DNA of 64,000 bases. Origin: Candidatus Bathyarchaeota archaeon (GTDB lineage: Archaea > Thermoproteota > Bathyarchaeia > Bathyarchaeales > Bathycorpusculaceae). Below are positions 52,013 through 61,889 of the stretch, piece by piece. Made by a program: the position numbers and the translations under genes. The stretch is taken from contig CAVYES010000004.1 in NCBI GenBank assembly GCA_963767735.1, positions 64,001-128,000 on the forward strand, in the 5' to 3' direction. The notes beneath the pieces are model-generated. The model did no database searches. It had not been told where the DNA came from and was given only the letters and a program-made list of their open reading frames with translations. Each line of letters opens with the position of its first letter. Position 1 is the stretch's first letter.

Positions 52013-52446
52013 TTTTTAAATAACCTCTCATTCGAATTTTTATTTATCGCACAAATCCTCTATTTAGCAATTCATGAGAAACAAGTATTCCCAAGATCAC
52101 ATCGGCCTTCTTTTTCACCAAAGAAGTTAACTGGAAGAATTTCTGGTTGAGGCTTTGAAGTATTGTTTACCTCATTTTATAGTTACCTTCCGACCTTAAT
52201 GTCTATTTCGTCTTTTAATAGCCATTTTTTATGTAAAGAGATTCTAAATATTACTTCGGTCTAATGATCGAGGTTGTCGATTTTTCCAGTTTTTTACAGG
52301 AAAGAAGAAACGGACATGCGAAATGGTGAAAGATCGTCAGGTCTGTCTTATGACGTCACGTTTGTGACTGTGGTGACCCAATCACTGAACTTAATATTTT
52401 ATCTTAACTTATTATAATCGGTTAATCTTTACGAAAGTGTGCCTGT

Positions 52447-52680
52447 TTGAAGAGAAAACTGAGAATTCAATGCCCTTGCGGCTATGTATTTGATGTTTTA
52501 AGCACTGAGAAAGATGCATTAGTCCGAATAAGGTTTCATTTTGAACGTTTTCACAGGGATTTTCTTCCTTTCGGAATTACTGACACCGAAGCATTATCCT
52601 TGATAAAGAATGCACGAGTAGGCGGAAAACAAAAAGGTTCGTCAAGGCACTTCAAGCAAAATTCGCCTATAAGCCAATAA
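52447..52680 (+). CDS. DUF1059-like small zinc-binding protein
   Basis: CPCG-x18-H-x4-H: IQCPCGYVFDVLSTEKDALVRIRFHFERFH. Confidence 0.7.
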   Translation: MKRKLRIQCPCGYVFDVLSTEKDALVRIRFHFERFHRDFLPFGITDTEALSLIKNARVGGKQKGSSRHFKQNSPISQ

Positions 52681-52794
52681 GTAATAAGTATCCTGCAAAG
52701 AAACAGGATTCAAAGAAAGTTGCTTGTTTTCTGGAAGAGGATTATGGATTTTGGAAAAAGCAAGCAAACCACTTCATCGATATTCTCAAAAACT

Positions 52795-53178
52795 TTAGCG
52801 TTCTTGTTGTATTATACGTAGCCTTTCTCGAACCGTAGATATGAGCTCTTCAGCTTTAACTGGTTTAACTAGAAAATCGTCTGCTTCATAATCGGCAGCT
52901 TTTTTTCCAGCCTCTTCAGTGGAGAAGCCGGTGACAATAATTTTAATTGCTTTAGAGTTTTTTGGTATTTTAAGGAGAAGCTCTGTTCCGTCCATGTCTG
53001 GGAGCTTGACGTCAACTATGTACGCATTGAACTTTGATTTTTTTATTTTCTTGAGGGCATCTTTGCCTGTCTTAGCAGTCTCAACTATGTATCCTTCTTT
53101 TTCTAAAACACTTTTAAAAACCCTCAAAATATCCGAATCGTCATCTACTACAAGAATTCGATTTATTTTCCAGTTCAT
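52795..53178 (-). CDS. Stand-alone response regulator receiver domain
   Basis: ILVVDDD, DVKLPDMDG, TG, KP. Confidence 0.92.
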   Translation of the reverse strand: MNWKINRILVVDDDSDILRVFKSVLEKEGYIVETAKTGKDALKKIKKSKFNAYIVDVKLPDMDGTELLLKIPKNSKAIKIIVTGFSTEEAGKKAADYEADDFLVKPVKAEELISTVRERLRIIQQER

Positions 53179-53570
53179 TTAACTTCTCCAATCAACGTTA
53201 ATAAATTCGAAAAAAGTTCCGATGAGTGTTGGCTTTCCCGAACTCTGAGAACAATTTCATAAATCATATTTGTCATAATATCAAGAATGTAACTTAAAAA
53301 TATATGTCAGAGGATAGAAACTCGATCTTTTTAACAGTTTTTTCATTCCTTTTGCGAGAATTGTAGTTAACTGACATAAAGTTAATACTTGTTACATCGA
53401 TAATTAAGGAAAAAACAGGAAGTTTGAGAAAACAGTAAATGTTTCAGACATGACAATTTATTTTTGATTTAAAAAAGATTTGCCAATTGATTGAATCAAG
53501 CAATGGAAAATAGCGTAAGGTTTATAAAAAAGCACTATTGCATAAAATGAGCGTCAATTTTCAGGTTTGA

Positions 53571-56500
53571 TCATATGCTACCTGGTTTTCGTTTTAAACG
53601 TCTGATGGCTATAACTGTGTAGACTAAAATGATTTCGGGGACGGTTATGCCGACAGCGAACACAGGTCCCAACGATAAAGTTAGCGCTGTTTTTGGTGCT
53701 TCGAAATTTATTGTTACTTGGTGTGTGCTGAAGCTTGTTGTATACCATACATAGAAGTTTTTGACGTTTTGTGTGTAGCCTTGGTTTGGAGCCTGCACAC
53801 CATCTATGTATACGACTGGGCTTGTCCCGTAGGATATTGCTGTTTTTGGAATAGTCATGTTGCTAAAACCTACTGTTCCGCTTGGCCCTGTTATTGTAAA
53901 GGACACTGTGGCTGTTTTGTGCGATTGGTTTGATGTGATTGTGGCGTTGGAGATCTGTGAGCTGGTTACGTTTCCGCTTATCGCAAGGTCAACCGTTGCG
54001 TCACTACCTGTCGTAGTTGGCACAGTTGTTGCAAACGGGCTTGGAGTGGGTGAGGGCTTCGGAGTAGGGGGAGTTGTGGGTTTAGGTGTGGGCGTTGGTG
54101 CAGGGGTCGGAGTGGTCGTTGCTGAGGGTGGTGGCGTCGGTGTGGGTGCAAACGTTGCCGAAATGGTATTTGAAGCCTGAACATTGTTGAATGTGTAGGA
54201 GCTAACAGCGCCAGCTGAACTTCCATTCACCGAGACATCAACAATGTTATAGCCAGTGTTCGATGTAATAGTGAAAGTTTGATTGTCACCATATTTAACG
54301 CTTACAGACCCATCTGGGCTGATAGAACCGCCGGCTCCAGCAGAAGCAGTAATATTGAACGTGTTAATCGTAAAGTTGGCAGTAATCGTGTGAGCAGCCT
54401 GGACATCAGTGAAGGTGTAAGATGAAATGGTGCCCACAGAAACGTTATCCGCAAAAACATCGGCAATTTGGTAGCCAGTACTCGCTGTTATAGTGAAGCC
54501 TTGACTGCCGCCATAGTTGACAGAAACACTTCCAGTCGGACTGATAGCTCCATTAGCTCCAGCAGAAGCGGAAATAGTGGGATTCACCTTAAATGAGTTG
54601 CTCGTTCCAGTATGAGTGCCATCAGTAGCCGTAATAGTAATGCCTAAACTTGCAGCAGTTATCGTAACCGAAGTCGCCCCAACACCGCCGACAAAAGCAC
54701 TCACAGTATCGGGACTAATAGATCCAGAAGAAACCGTCAAAGACGGCAGGCCACTATAACCTGTAACAGTGTTTCCCGAAGTGTCCTCAGCCCTAACCGT
54801 TATGCTGAAAGCAGAACCAGCAGTCTGAGTCGCAACAGTATTAAAGACAAAGTGATCCAGAGCAGCCGGATTAACCGTTAAACCCGTTGTGTAAGCCGCG
54901 GAAGCATAAGTGCCCGTAACAGTCCAGTAACCAGCAGTAGCAGATGCGTAAACGTTGCTGGTCCAAGAACCCCCCGCGCTTGAGCTTATGTTCCAATTTG
55001 TTGAAGAAGTCACATCCCAAGAGTTACCATATAGGTCAGAAGCCGTAGCCGAGAAGGTCTTAGATACCCCAGCCGTAACCGATGAATCAGCAGGAGAAAT
55101 CACAACATTAGCGACCGCAGCAGCATGATTCACCGTTATGCCCGTTTCTGAGCCAGCAGTCGAGCCGGTAGCTTTGTCCGTAGCCGTAATCGACTGAGAA
55201 CCAGCAGTCTCCAATGTAACACTAAAAGAGCCAACACCGCCCGTGAGAACCATACTCGCAAGCAAAACCGCTTGGCTGTCACTTGAAGTAATCTTAACCG
55301 TACCCGCATAACCCGAAGCTGTATTGTTATATGCATCCTCAGCTGTAACAGTGACGGAGAAAGCAATACCAGCTACTTGAGAAGTCCCACTTGAAACCAC
55401 CAAGTGCGTAGCAACACCGGGATCAATCGTAACCGAGTTACTTGTTCCAGTATGAGTGCCATCAGTAGCCGTAATAGCAACGCCTGAACCCGCGCCAGCC
55501 ATCGTAATGATACCAGTCCAAACGCCACTTGAGAAAGCGCTTGTGATAGTTGGACTAATAGTTCCAGTTGAAACACTCAAAGTTGGCGTACCAGTGTAGC
55601 TGGTAACAGTGTTTCCGTTTGAAGCTTTAGCCGTTATCGTTATACTGAAAGCAGAACCAGCAGTCTGTGGACTGCTAACAGCATTAAAGACGAAATGGTC
55701 AAGAGCGACCACATTAACTGTGAATGAATTGCTCGTTCCGGACTTTCCAGAACCAGAGGTACTAATAGTTATTCCTGAACCAGATGCAGAAAGCGTCACA
55801 TAACCCATCCAAACGCCAAGTGAGAATGTTCCAGTGCTTGTTGGACTTATAGTTCCTGAAGACACCGTTAAAGTGTTAGTTCCAGTATAGCTCGTAACTG
55901 TATTGCCACTCGAATCTTCAGCAGTAAAGGTTACGATGAAAGCAGTACCCACAGTCTGTGTGCCAATATTGCTAAAAACAAAATGATCAAGAGCACCCGA
56001 ATTAACATTGAACGAATTGCTTGTTCCAGACTTTGAAGAACCAGATGTACCAATAGTAATTCCCGAACCAGATGCGGATAGTGATACTGAACCAGTCCAA
56101 ACACCAGCCTTAAATGCAGAAGTGCTTGTTGGGCTTATCGTTCCAGAAGACACGGTTAAAGTGTTAGTTCCAGTATAACTCGTCACTGTGTCACCGTTGG
56201 AGTCTTTAGCCGTTATCGTTACGCTGAAAGCTTTACCTACAGTTTGTGGACTGCTAACAGCATTAAAGACGAAGTGGTCAAGAGGCGCTGCATTTACAGT
56301 GAGCGAGTTGCTTTTTCCAGATTTGCCTCCGCCACTGGTTGAGATTGAAATGCCTGTTCCCGCTTGAGAAAGTGTTACTTGACCTGTCCAGACTCCTGAT
56401 ACAAATGCGGTTGTGCTTGTTGGGCTTATCGTTCCAGAAGACACGGTTAAGGTGTTGGTTCCAGTGTAGCTGGTAACAGTGTTGTCGCTTGAATCTTTAG

Positions 56501-56663
56501 CTGTTATGGTAAGGCTAAAAGCGGAACCTGCAGTCTGTGGACTACTAATAGTGCTGAAGACAAATTGAGACAGACTGCTTGCCGCTTTGACTTGCATACC
56601 CGTGTATGCGAAAATTGATAACGAAACTAGAAAAGCGACTATTAAGATTAGAATTTTCTTCAT
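53571..56663 (-). CDS. Large Ser/Thr-rich surface protein with tandem Ig-like repeats
   Basis: Signal peptide; about 98-aa repeats LDHFVF...QTAG.AF..T.TA.D..GNTVTSYTG; two InlB-B-like repeats; Pro/Thr linker; WYTTSFSTH domain; TM with VPE and basic tail. Confidence 0.88.
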   Translation of the reverse strand: MKKILILIVAFLVSLSIFAYTGMQVKAASSLSQFVFSTISSPQTAGSAFSLTITAKDSSDNTVTSYTGTNTLTVSSGTISPTSTTAFVSGVWTGQVTLSQAGTGISISTSGGGKSGKSNSLTVNAAPLDHFVFNAVSSPQTVGKAFSVTITAKDSNGDTVTSYTGTNTLTVSSGTISPTSTSAFKAGVWTGSVSLSASGSGITIGTSGSSKSGTSNSFNVNSGALDHFVFSNIGTQTVGTAFIVTFTAEDSSGNTVTSYTGTNTLTVSSGTISPTSTGTFSLGVWMGYVTLSASGSGITISTSGSGKSGTSNSFTVNVVALDHFVFNAVSSPQTAGSAFSITITAKASNGNTVTSYTGTPTLSVSTGTISPTITSAFSSGVWTGIITMAGAGSGVAITATDGTHTGTSNSVTIDPGVATHLVVSSGTSQVAGIAFSVTVTAEDAYNNTASGYAGTVKITSSDSQAVLLASMVLTGGVGSFSVTLETAGSQSITATDKATGSTAGSETGITVNHAAAVANVVISPADSSVTAGVSKTFSATASDLYGNSWDVTSSTNWNISSSAGGSWTSNVYASATAGYWTVTGTYASAAYTTGLTVNPAALDHFVFNTVATQTAGSAFSITVRAEDTSGNTVTGYSGLPSLTVSSGSISPDTVSAFVGGVGATSVTITAASLGITITATDGTHTGTSNSFKVNPTISASAGANGAISPTGSVSVNYGGSQGFTITASTGYQIADVFADNVSVGTISSYTFTDVQAAHTITANFTINTFNITASAGAGGSISPDGSVSVKYGDNQTFTITSNTGYNIVDVSVNGSSAGAVSSYTFNNVQASNTISATFAPTPTPPPSATTTPTPAPTPTPKPTTPPTPKPSPTPSPFATTVPTTTGSDATVDLAISGNVTSSQISNATITSNQSHKTATVSFTITGPSGTVGFSNMTIPKTAISYGTSPVVYIDGVQAPNQGYTQNVKNFYVWYTTSFSTHQVTINFEAPKTALTLSLGPVFAVGITVPEIILVYTVIAIRRLKRKPGSI

Positions 56664-56936
56664 GTTTCTTTCATTCTAATGTTTTTTGTTAACTTTTTTA
56701 AGCGATATAAGCTAAAGCTAATCGAAAACTGTTGACTTAACCATGCAGAATCAAGACTGCGAGCAATTTGTTTGCCTAAGTCCAGAAATGCTTGAAATCA
56801 GAAGTCTAAGTTGAGTTTGTCAAAGATTAGCCGTTAAGTTCACAAAGGTAATAGTAACCAAACTAGTTCTTACATATTTGCCTTGATTTATTTTGTAGTT
56901 GCTGCTTTTCCATGACTTCTTCTGTTAAGTTTTGTC

Positions 56937-57122
56937 TTATTGTGCAGGTTCGTCGAAGTTAGCTTCTATAACGCAATTTATTTGTTTTAGGTCGGTCATC
57001 GGCAAAATTTTGGTTCCACATTCTCGTTCAATCGCCACTTAATATCCATTGGAGCAGGCCACGAAAACCTGTACATTGTTCACCGGATTAACTTTCACGC
57101 CTTTAGGATCTTGCTTTCTCAT
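56937..57122 (-). pseudogene. Decayed zinc-finger microprotein copy G
   Basis: After an in-frame TAA: VAIERECGTKILPMTDLKQINCVIEANFDEP aligns to IKCRCGTEILVTPDLKAMDQAIKNHVAEH, with three metal ligands lost. Confidence 0.55.
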
Positions 57123-57408
57123 TTCTCTTTTTTAAGCCCCATGCGCCTCATTGGTTATTCTAGTTCGAAATTTGAATTTATTTCTTTGTGGCTGTTCGGA
57201 TACACCAACAGCAAAGGATCTTCAAACATCTCGAAAAACTCTAATGCAGACGTCATTTTTTGTGATTTTTATTCTGGTTAGTCGTGACTATGCAGGCAAT
57301 GTTGCCAGTCTGGTTCTTCTTACGCGCGCGGTTTTTGATTTTAGTTTTTTTGGGGGAATCAGCAATAAGTATTTAGTGTAATTTTACACTTTTACACTTA
57401 GCTTCTAA

Positions 57409-57677
57409 ATGACTGTAAGCATAAAAATAGATAATTTAAAAAAACAAAAACTCGACCGTTTCCTAGCACAGTTACTGCTAAGAGAAGGCAAGAAAATGAC
57501 TTTGCAGGAAGCGGTAGGCTTGATGATTGATCATGCGCTGGAAAACGAGGATGAATTTATACAAAACTTGAAGAATCTGCCCCAGTTGAAGAAGACCCAC
57601 TTTGGAAAATGATGGAAAACGCGAAGCCTCTCGGCATTAAAGAACTTTCTATTGGCATCGATGAATATCTCTACTGA
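57409..57677 (+). pseudogene. VapB-like antitoxin with a frameshift in a C4 run
   Basis: Adding one C at 57580-57583 restores ..LPPVEEDPLWKMMENAKPLGIKELSIGIDEYLY*, an antitoxin-like tail; directly upstream of a PIN remnant. Confidence 0.65.
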
Positions 57678-57688
57678 AGCAAGACTTG

Positions 57689-57775
57689 ATGGCGTTTTTT
57701 GTCGATACAGGTGCGTTTCTCGCTCTATATTGCATCGACGATCGTTATCACCAAAGAAGCAAGGTTCATAATTAA
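57689..57775 (+). pseudogene. vapC: Truncated VapC/PIN toxin remnant
   Basis: MAFFVDTGAFLALYCIDDRYHQRS matches the PIN N-terminus (VDTxxxxA....D..H); stops after 28 aa. Confidence 0.7.
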
Positions 57776-57897
57776 AGACTACTTCATTTTGGTTAGCTTT
57801 GTTCCTTCTAACACTACAGCCGAGTTAACAGCGGCTTCAATGTTTGAACGGAGCTGACTATCAGTGAAGGTTGTAGCGCGCCGTGCTATCTCTATCG

Positions 57898-58683
57898 CTA
57901 ATAAGAGGCTTGGTTCCAATTGTGTTCAAAGTAGTTTTTGGCCAGTGCTATGAAACAGGAGTTGTTTGACCAAATGGAGGAGGCTCCAGAGAGTGTGGCT
58001 CTTGCGGACAAAGTAACGCTTACTTCTTTATTGTCAAATATTGATACCATCGCCGTTGGGGGCCCGTCAAAATATTTTACTTCGAAGTTTGAATCCTCCA
58101 TGAGGTTTTGAATGGTTTTCAAGGCTTTTTCATGAGGAACATGTCGGTCTGTTGCTATCCTGATTTTTACACCTTTTTTCAAATCTTTCCGATAGTTTTC
58201 TTCAAATTCAAGAATCGCGGCCGAAAACCTCATCTGCGAGGTTACGACGCAGACACTGATTTGAGCTCTCAGAAGTGATTCTTTTAGTCTTCGGATAATA
58301 GCTTCTTGTCCGGAAATTATAGTGATTTCCCCATCTGCTTCTTGAACACCGTTTGCACGGGTGCTTTCGAAGTCGCTAAGCAGTTCTTCTGTTTTCTTTT
58401 TCAGTTTGTTTTGTTCTGCTGCTTTGCGTTTAAGAATTTTGGGCAGCAAATATGCCATTGGGATTGCTCGGAAACTAGCGGGCTTTGTAATCTGTTTTTC
58501 GACTATGCCCTCTTTTTGCAAAGTTTGAATTATCCGGTAAAAGTCAGGTCGAGCTATTTTCGAGATTTCTGCAATCTTTCTCGCAGTTGCTGGTCCTTCT
58601 TGGACAAGAGCAAGGTATATTCTCGCCTGGTCTAATGTAAACCCTAGCTTCATTAGGGTTTGTATTTTTTCTTCGCTTTTCAA
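57898..58683 (-). CDS. TrmB-family transcriptional regulator
   Basis: LMKLGFT..QARIYLAL, R.D.YR....L...G.V, P..F.A.P, IFD.KEV, YFE..W. Confidence 0.9.
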   Translation of the reverse strand: MKSEEKIQTLMKLGFTLDQARIYLALVQEGPATARKIAEISKIARPDFYRIIQTLQKEGIVEKQITKPASFRAIPMAYLLPKILKRKAAEQNKLKKKTEELLSDFESTRANGVQEADGEITIISGQEAIIRRLKESLLRAQISVCVVTSQMRFSAAILEFEENYRKDLKKGVKIRIATDRHVPHEKALKTIQNLMEDSNFEVKYFDGPPTAMVSIFDNKEVSVTLSARATLSGASSIWSNNSCFIALAKNYFEHNWNQASY

Positions 58684-58871
58684 GAAAAGTTACCCGTAAA
58701 CCGCGATTTTTGTATTGAACCGGTAGTTTCTTGATTCTATCCAAGTCCTTATAAAATTTGCCCAATTGCAAGTAGTGTTCTATTTTTGTAAGTAGTGCTA
58801 CTATTTACTACATCTTATTAAGATTAACATAGCAATCAATACCGTTTCAAAAAAAATGAAGGAAAAGAAAA

Positions 58872-61623
58872 ATGCAAAATCTTAAAGGAAAACTTTTCGC
58901 TATTTTGATTGCAACAATTTTAACACTTTCGATAGGAGCTTCAACTTCACTAATACCAAGCGCTCGTGCAACACCGATAAACATTCCAACGTTCGCCTAC
59001 GTTGCGGCAAACCCTAATCCTGCAGGTGTCGGCCAAACAGTTAACATTGGTTTTTGGCTTGATCAACCAACACCTAATGCAGCCGCGCAATATGGCCCAA
59101 GATGGGGGAACTTTACAATTAAAGTTACAGACCCAGTCGGAAACACTGTAAGCTTAGGACCGTACACCGCAGATGACACAGGAGGAACACACACGAACTA
59201 CGTGCCCGCTAAAGTCGGCAACTACACGATAGTTTTCAGCTTTCCAGGACAAGTACTTAGCAACGTCAACCCAATTCCGGGATCAGCGGTTAATCCGTTT
59301 GTCGGCGACTATTACGAACCATCAACTGCCACTACAACGCTGATGGTGCAACAAAGTTCAGTTCCAACGATTCCAGAAACCCCGCTTCCGACAAACTACT
59401 GGTCGCGCCCAATAATATCCGTAAACGACAATTGGTATAGTATTAGCGGCAATTGGCTTGGGCTTGGTGTATCGACATTTGCTAACACTGGAGAATACAA
59501 CGCCACTGGAAACTATAATCCTTATACTGACGCGCCAACCACCGCACACATGATATGGACAGAGCCAGCTAGCGCGCCCGGAGGCCAGATGGGCGGAGAA
59601 TTCGGCGGAACTGATACGAGCAATTTCTACGCACCTGCGCAGTATGAGCCCAAATATGCACCGATAATCATGAACGGAGTCATTTACTATGAGATGTATC
59701 CGGGAAGTTCGAGTGATCCTACTGGCTGGACTGCCGTAAACTTACAAACTGGACAAACGCTATGGACAAAAAATACCACTGTTGGAGCAGCATTGGGACC
59801 GATTTTAAGATGCGGGCAAATACTCGATTATGTATCACCTAACCAGTACGGAGGCTTTACATACTTATGGGCAACCGGAGATCCATTTGGAAGCCCAACA
59901 TTAACTGGACAAATGCTCACTGTCCCAGCAGCAAAACAAACCGTTGAGAATCCTGGATCATTTGCGTTAGGCACCACTGTACTCACTGGAACTACATATA
60001 GCATGTACGACGCCGTGACGGGACAATATATACTCAGCATAGTTAACTGCACTGCAATGACGCTTACTGAAGATTCCAGCGGCGACTTGATAGGCTATTT
60101 CGTTAACTCAAGTGCAACCAACGCATATGCACCTACGTTAAATATGTGGAATTCAACCGTAGCAGTTCTTTTGAGCCAAACAGCCCAATATTATGGCGCA
60201 ACAAGCGCGAATGCTTGGTTCTGGAGACCAGAAAGCAATGGCATCATTCCCTTTGCATTGGGAATACAATGGACAGCGCCATTACCAACTAGCCTTGCAG
60301 GTGTTCCTTTTCCCATAGCTATTGTTAGTTTACCTTCCGGACAGGTTCAAGAACCCACAACTCTCGCAATAAGTAGTGGTTGCATCGAAAACGGTGTTGT
60401 GCTTATGACTGATGCAAGCAGCTTAGATGGAAGCTTCCAAGTTGGGTACCAAATTGAAGCAGGCTACAGCTTAACCAACGGACAACAACTATGGATAGTT
60501 AATCGGACAGAAACACCCTACACAAGAGTGGTTATTATGCCAGCTACTGCTGGAGTATACGGCGAAGTAAACCTTGATACTGGTGTTATGACTGGGTATA
60601 GTATTACTACAGGTCAGCTAGGCATGGGGCCCAACTAACCTTCCAGAAACTGATGCCTATAGCAGCATTGGCGGCTACAATTATGTCTCGGCGAATGGCT
60701 ACTGTTACTTGTGGGGCTTCGGAGGAACAATATACGCCGTTAACATGGCTACAGGAGCAATCAAATGGACAGTCACAACCGCGCAACTAGTTGGTCCCGC
60801 TGGGTCTAACACTCCTTATGGCGTATGGCCAGTATGGACCTTCACGGTAGGAACTGTTGCTGACGGAATGCTATTTCTCCCTATAGGCCACCAATATAGT
60901 CCCCCAATGTTCCGCGGAGCACAGCAACTGGCAATAAACTGTACTACTGGCGCCCTAGTATGGAGCAATTTGGGTTTCGACATTACAAGTGGTCCCGCTA
61001 TTTCCGATGGCATAATGACCGTGTTTGATGACTATGACAACCAGATTTACGCATATGGAATGGGTCCTAGTCAAACTACTGTTACATCACCAAGCGACGG
61101 CGTTTCGACTGGCGTACCAGTGGAGATAACTGGTTCAGTGATGGATATTTCTGCAGGTTCTCAACAACAAGCAGTCAAAGCGAACTTCCCCAGTGGTCTT
61201 CCATGCGTATCTGATGCAAGCATGAGCCAATGGATGCAGTATGTTTATCAGCAGCAGCCGCAACCAACCAACACGACCGGTGTCCAAGTTACCCTAACGG
61301 CTATCGACCCCAACGGTAACACCATCACCCTTGGCACAGCTACAACTAACATTTTGGGCGACTTCGGCTTCTCATGGATGCCTCCAGCGGTCCCGGGAAA
61401 CTACCAGATCATAGCCACATTCGCAGGAACCAATTCCTACTATAGCTCAGCTGCTTCAACTTTCTGCACCGTAAGTAGTGGACCAACATCGTCGCCAACC
61501 GCTGCACCTGTAACGGGCCTAGCAACAGCATCAGACCTAACTTATGGAATAATGGCCGCAGTAATCGCAATAATAATTGCAATCGCCATAGTCGGCTTAC
61601 TCCTGCTTAGAAAAAAGCCATAA
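58872..61623 (+). pseudogene. Large PQQ-like beta-propeller surface protein split by a +1 frameshift at about 60621
   Basis: Removing one G of GG at 60621-60622 gives GQLAWGPTNLPETDAY.., in frame with ORF 60709-61623 (VADG, YDNQIYAYG.GPS.TTV, V.D.SM..WM.Y.Y.Q, TM). Confidence 0.8.
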
Positions 61624-61889
61624 AACCAAAACAAAAAAACAACCAAAATCATCTTTCCCCTTTTTCTTTTTAATCGATCTCGAAAGGCAAAGTATTTTCT
61701 GTTTTTTCTCATAGTTTCAGCCATTATCGTTCAACAAACTATATATTTCTCATCAGCACTTAAATTTGCCCTTTTTTGCAAGTTTTTGAGAAGTTTTATA
61801 AGTGGTCGTGATAAATGGGACTCTGTTGGGCGAGAGTGTTTAGTCTTCTTGCTCAATAAAAAATAAAATAAAATGGAAGGAAAATAAAA

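Noticed and set aside
36000-58000. Provirus or integrative element
   Set aside because: No integrase, capsid, packaging ATPase, replication gene, tRNA target or flanking att repeats were recognised.
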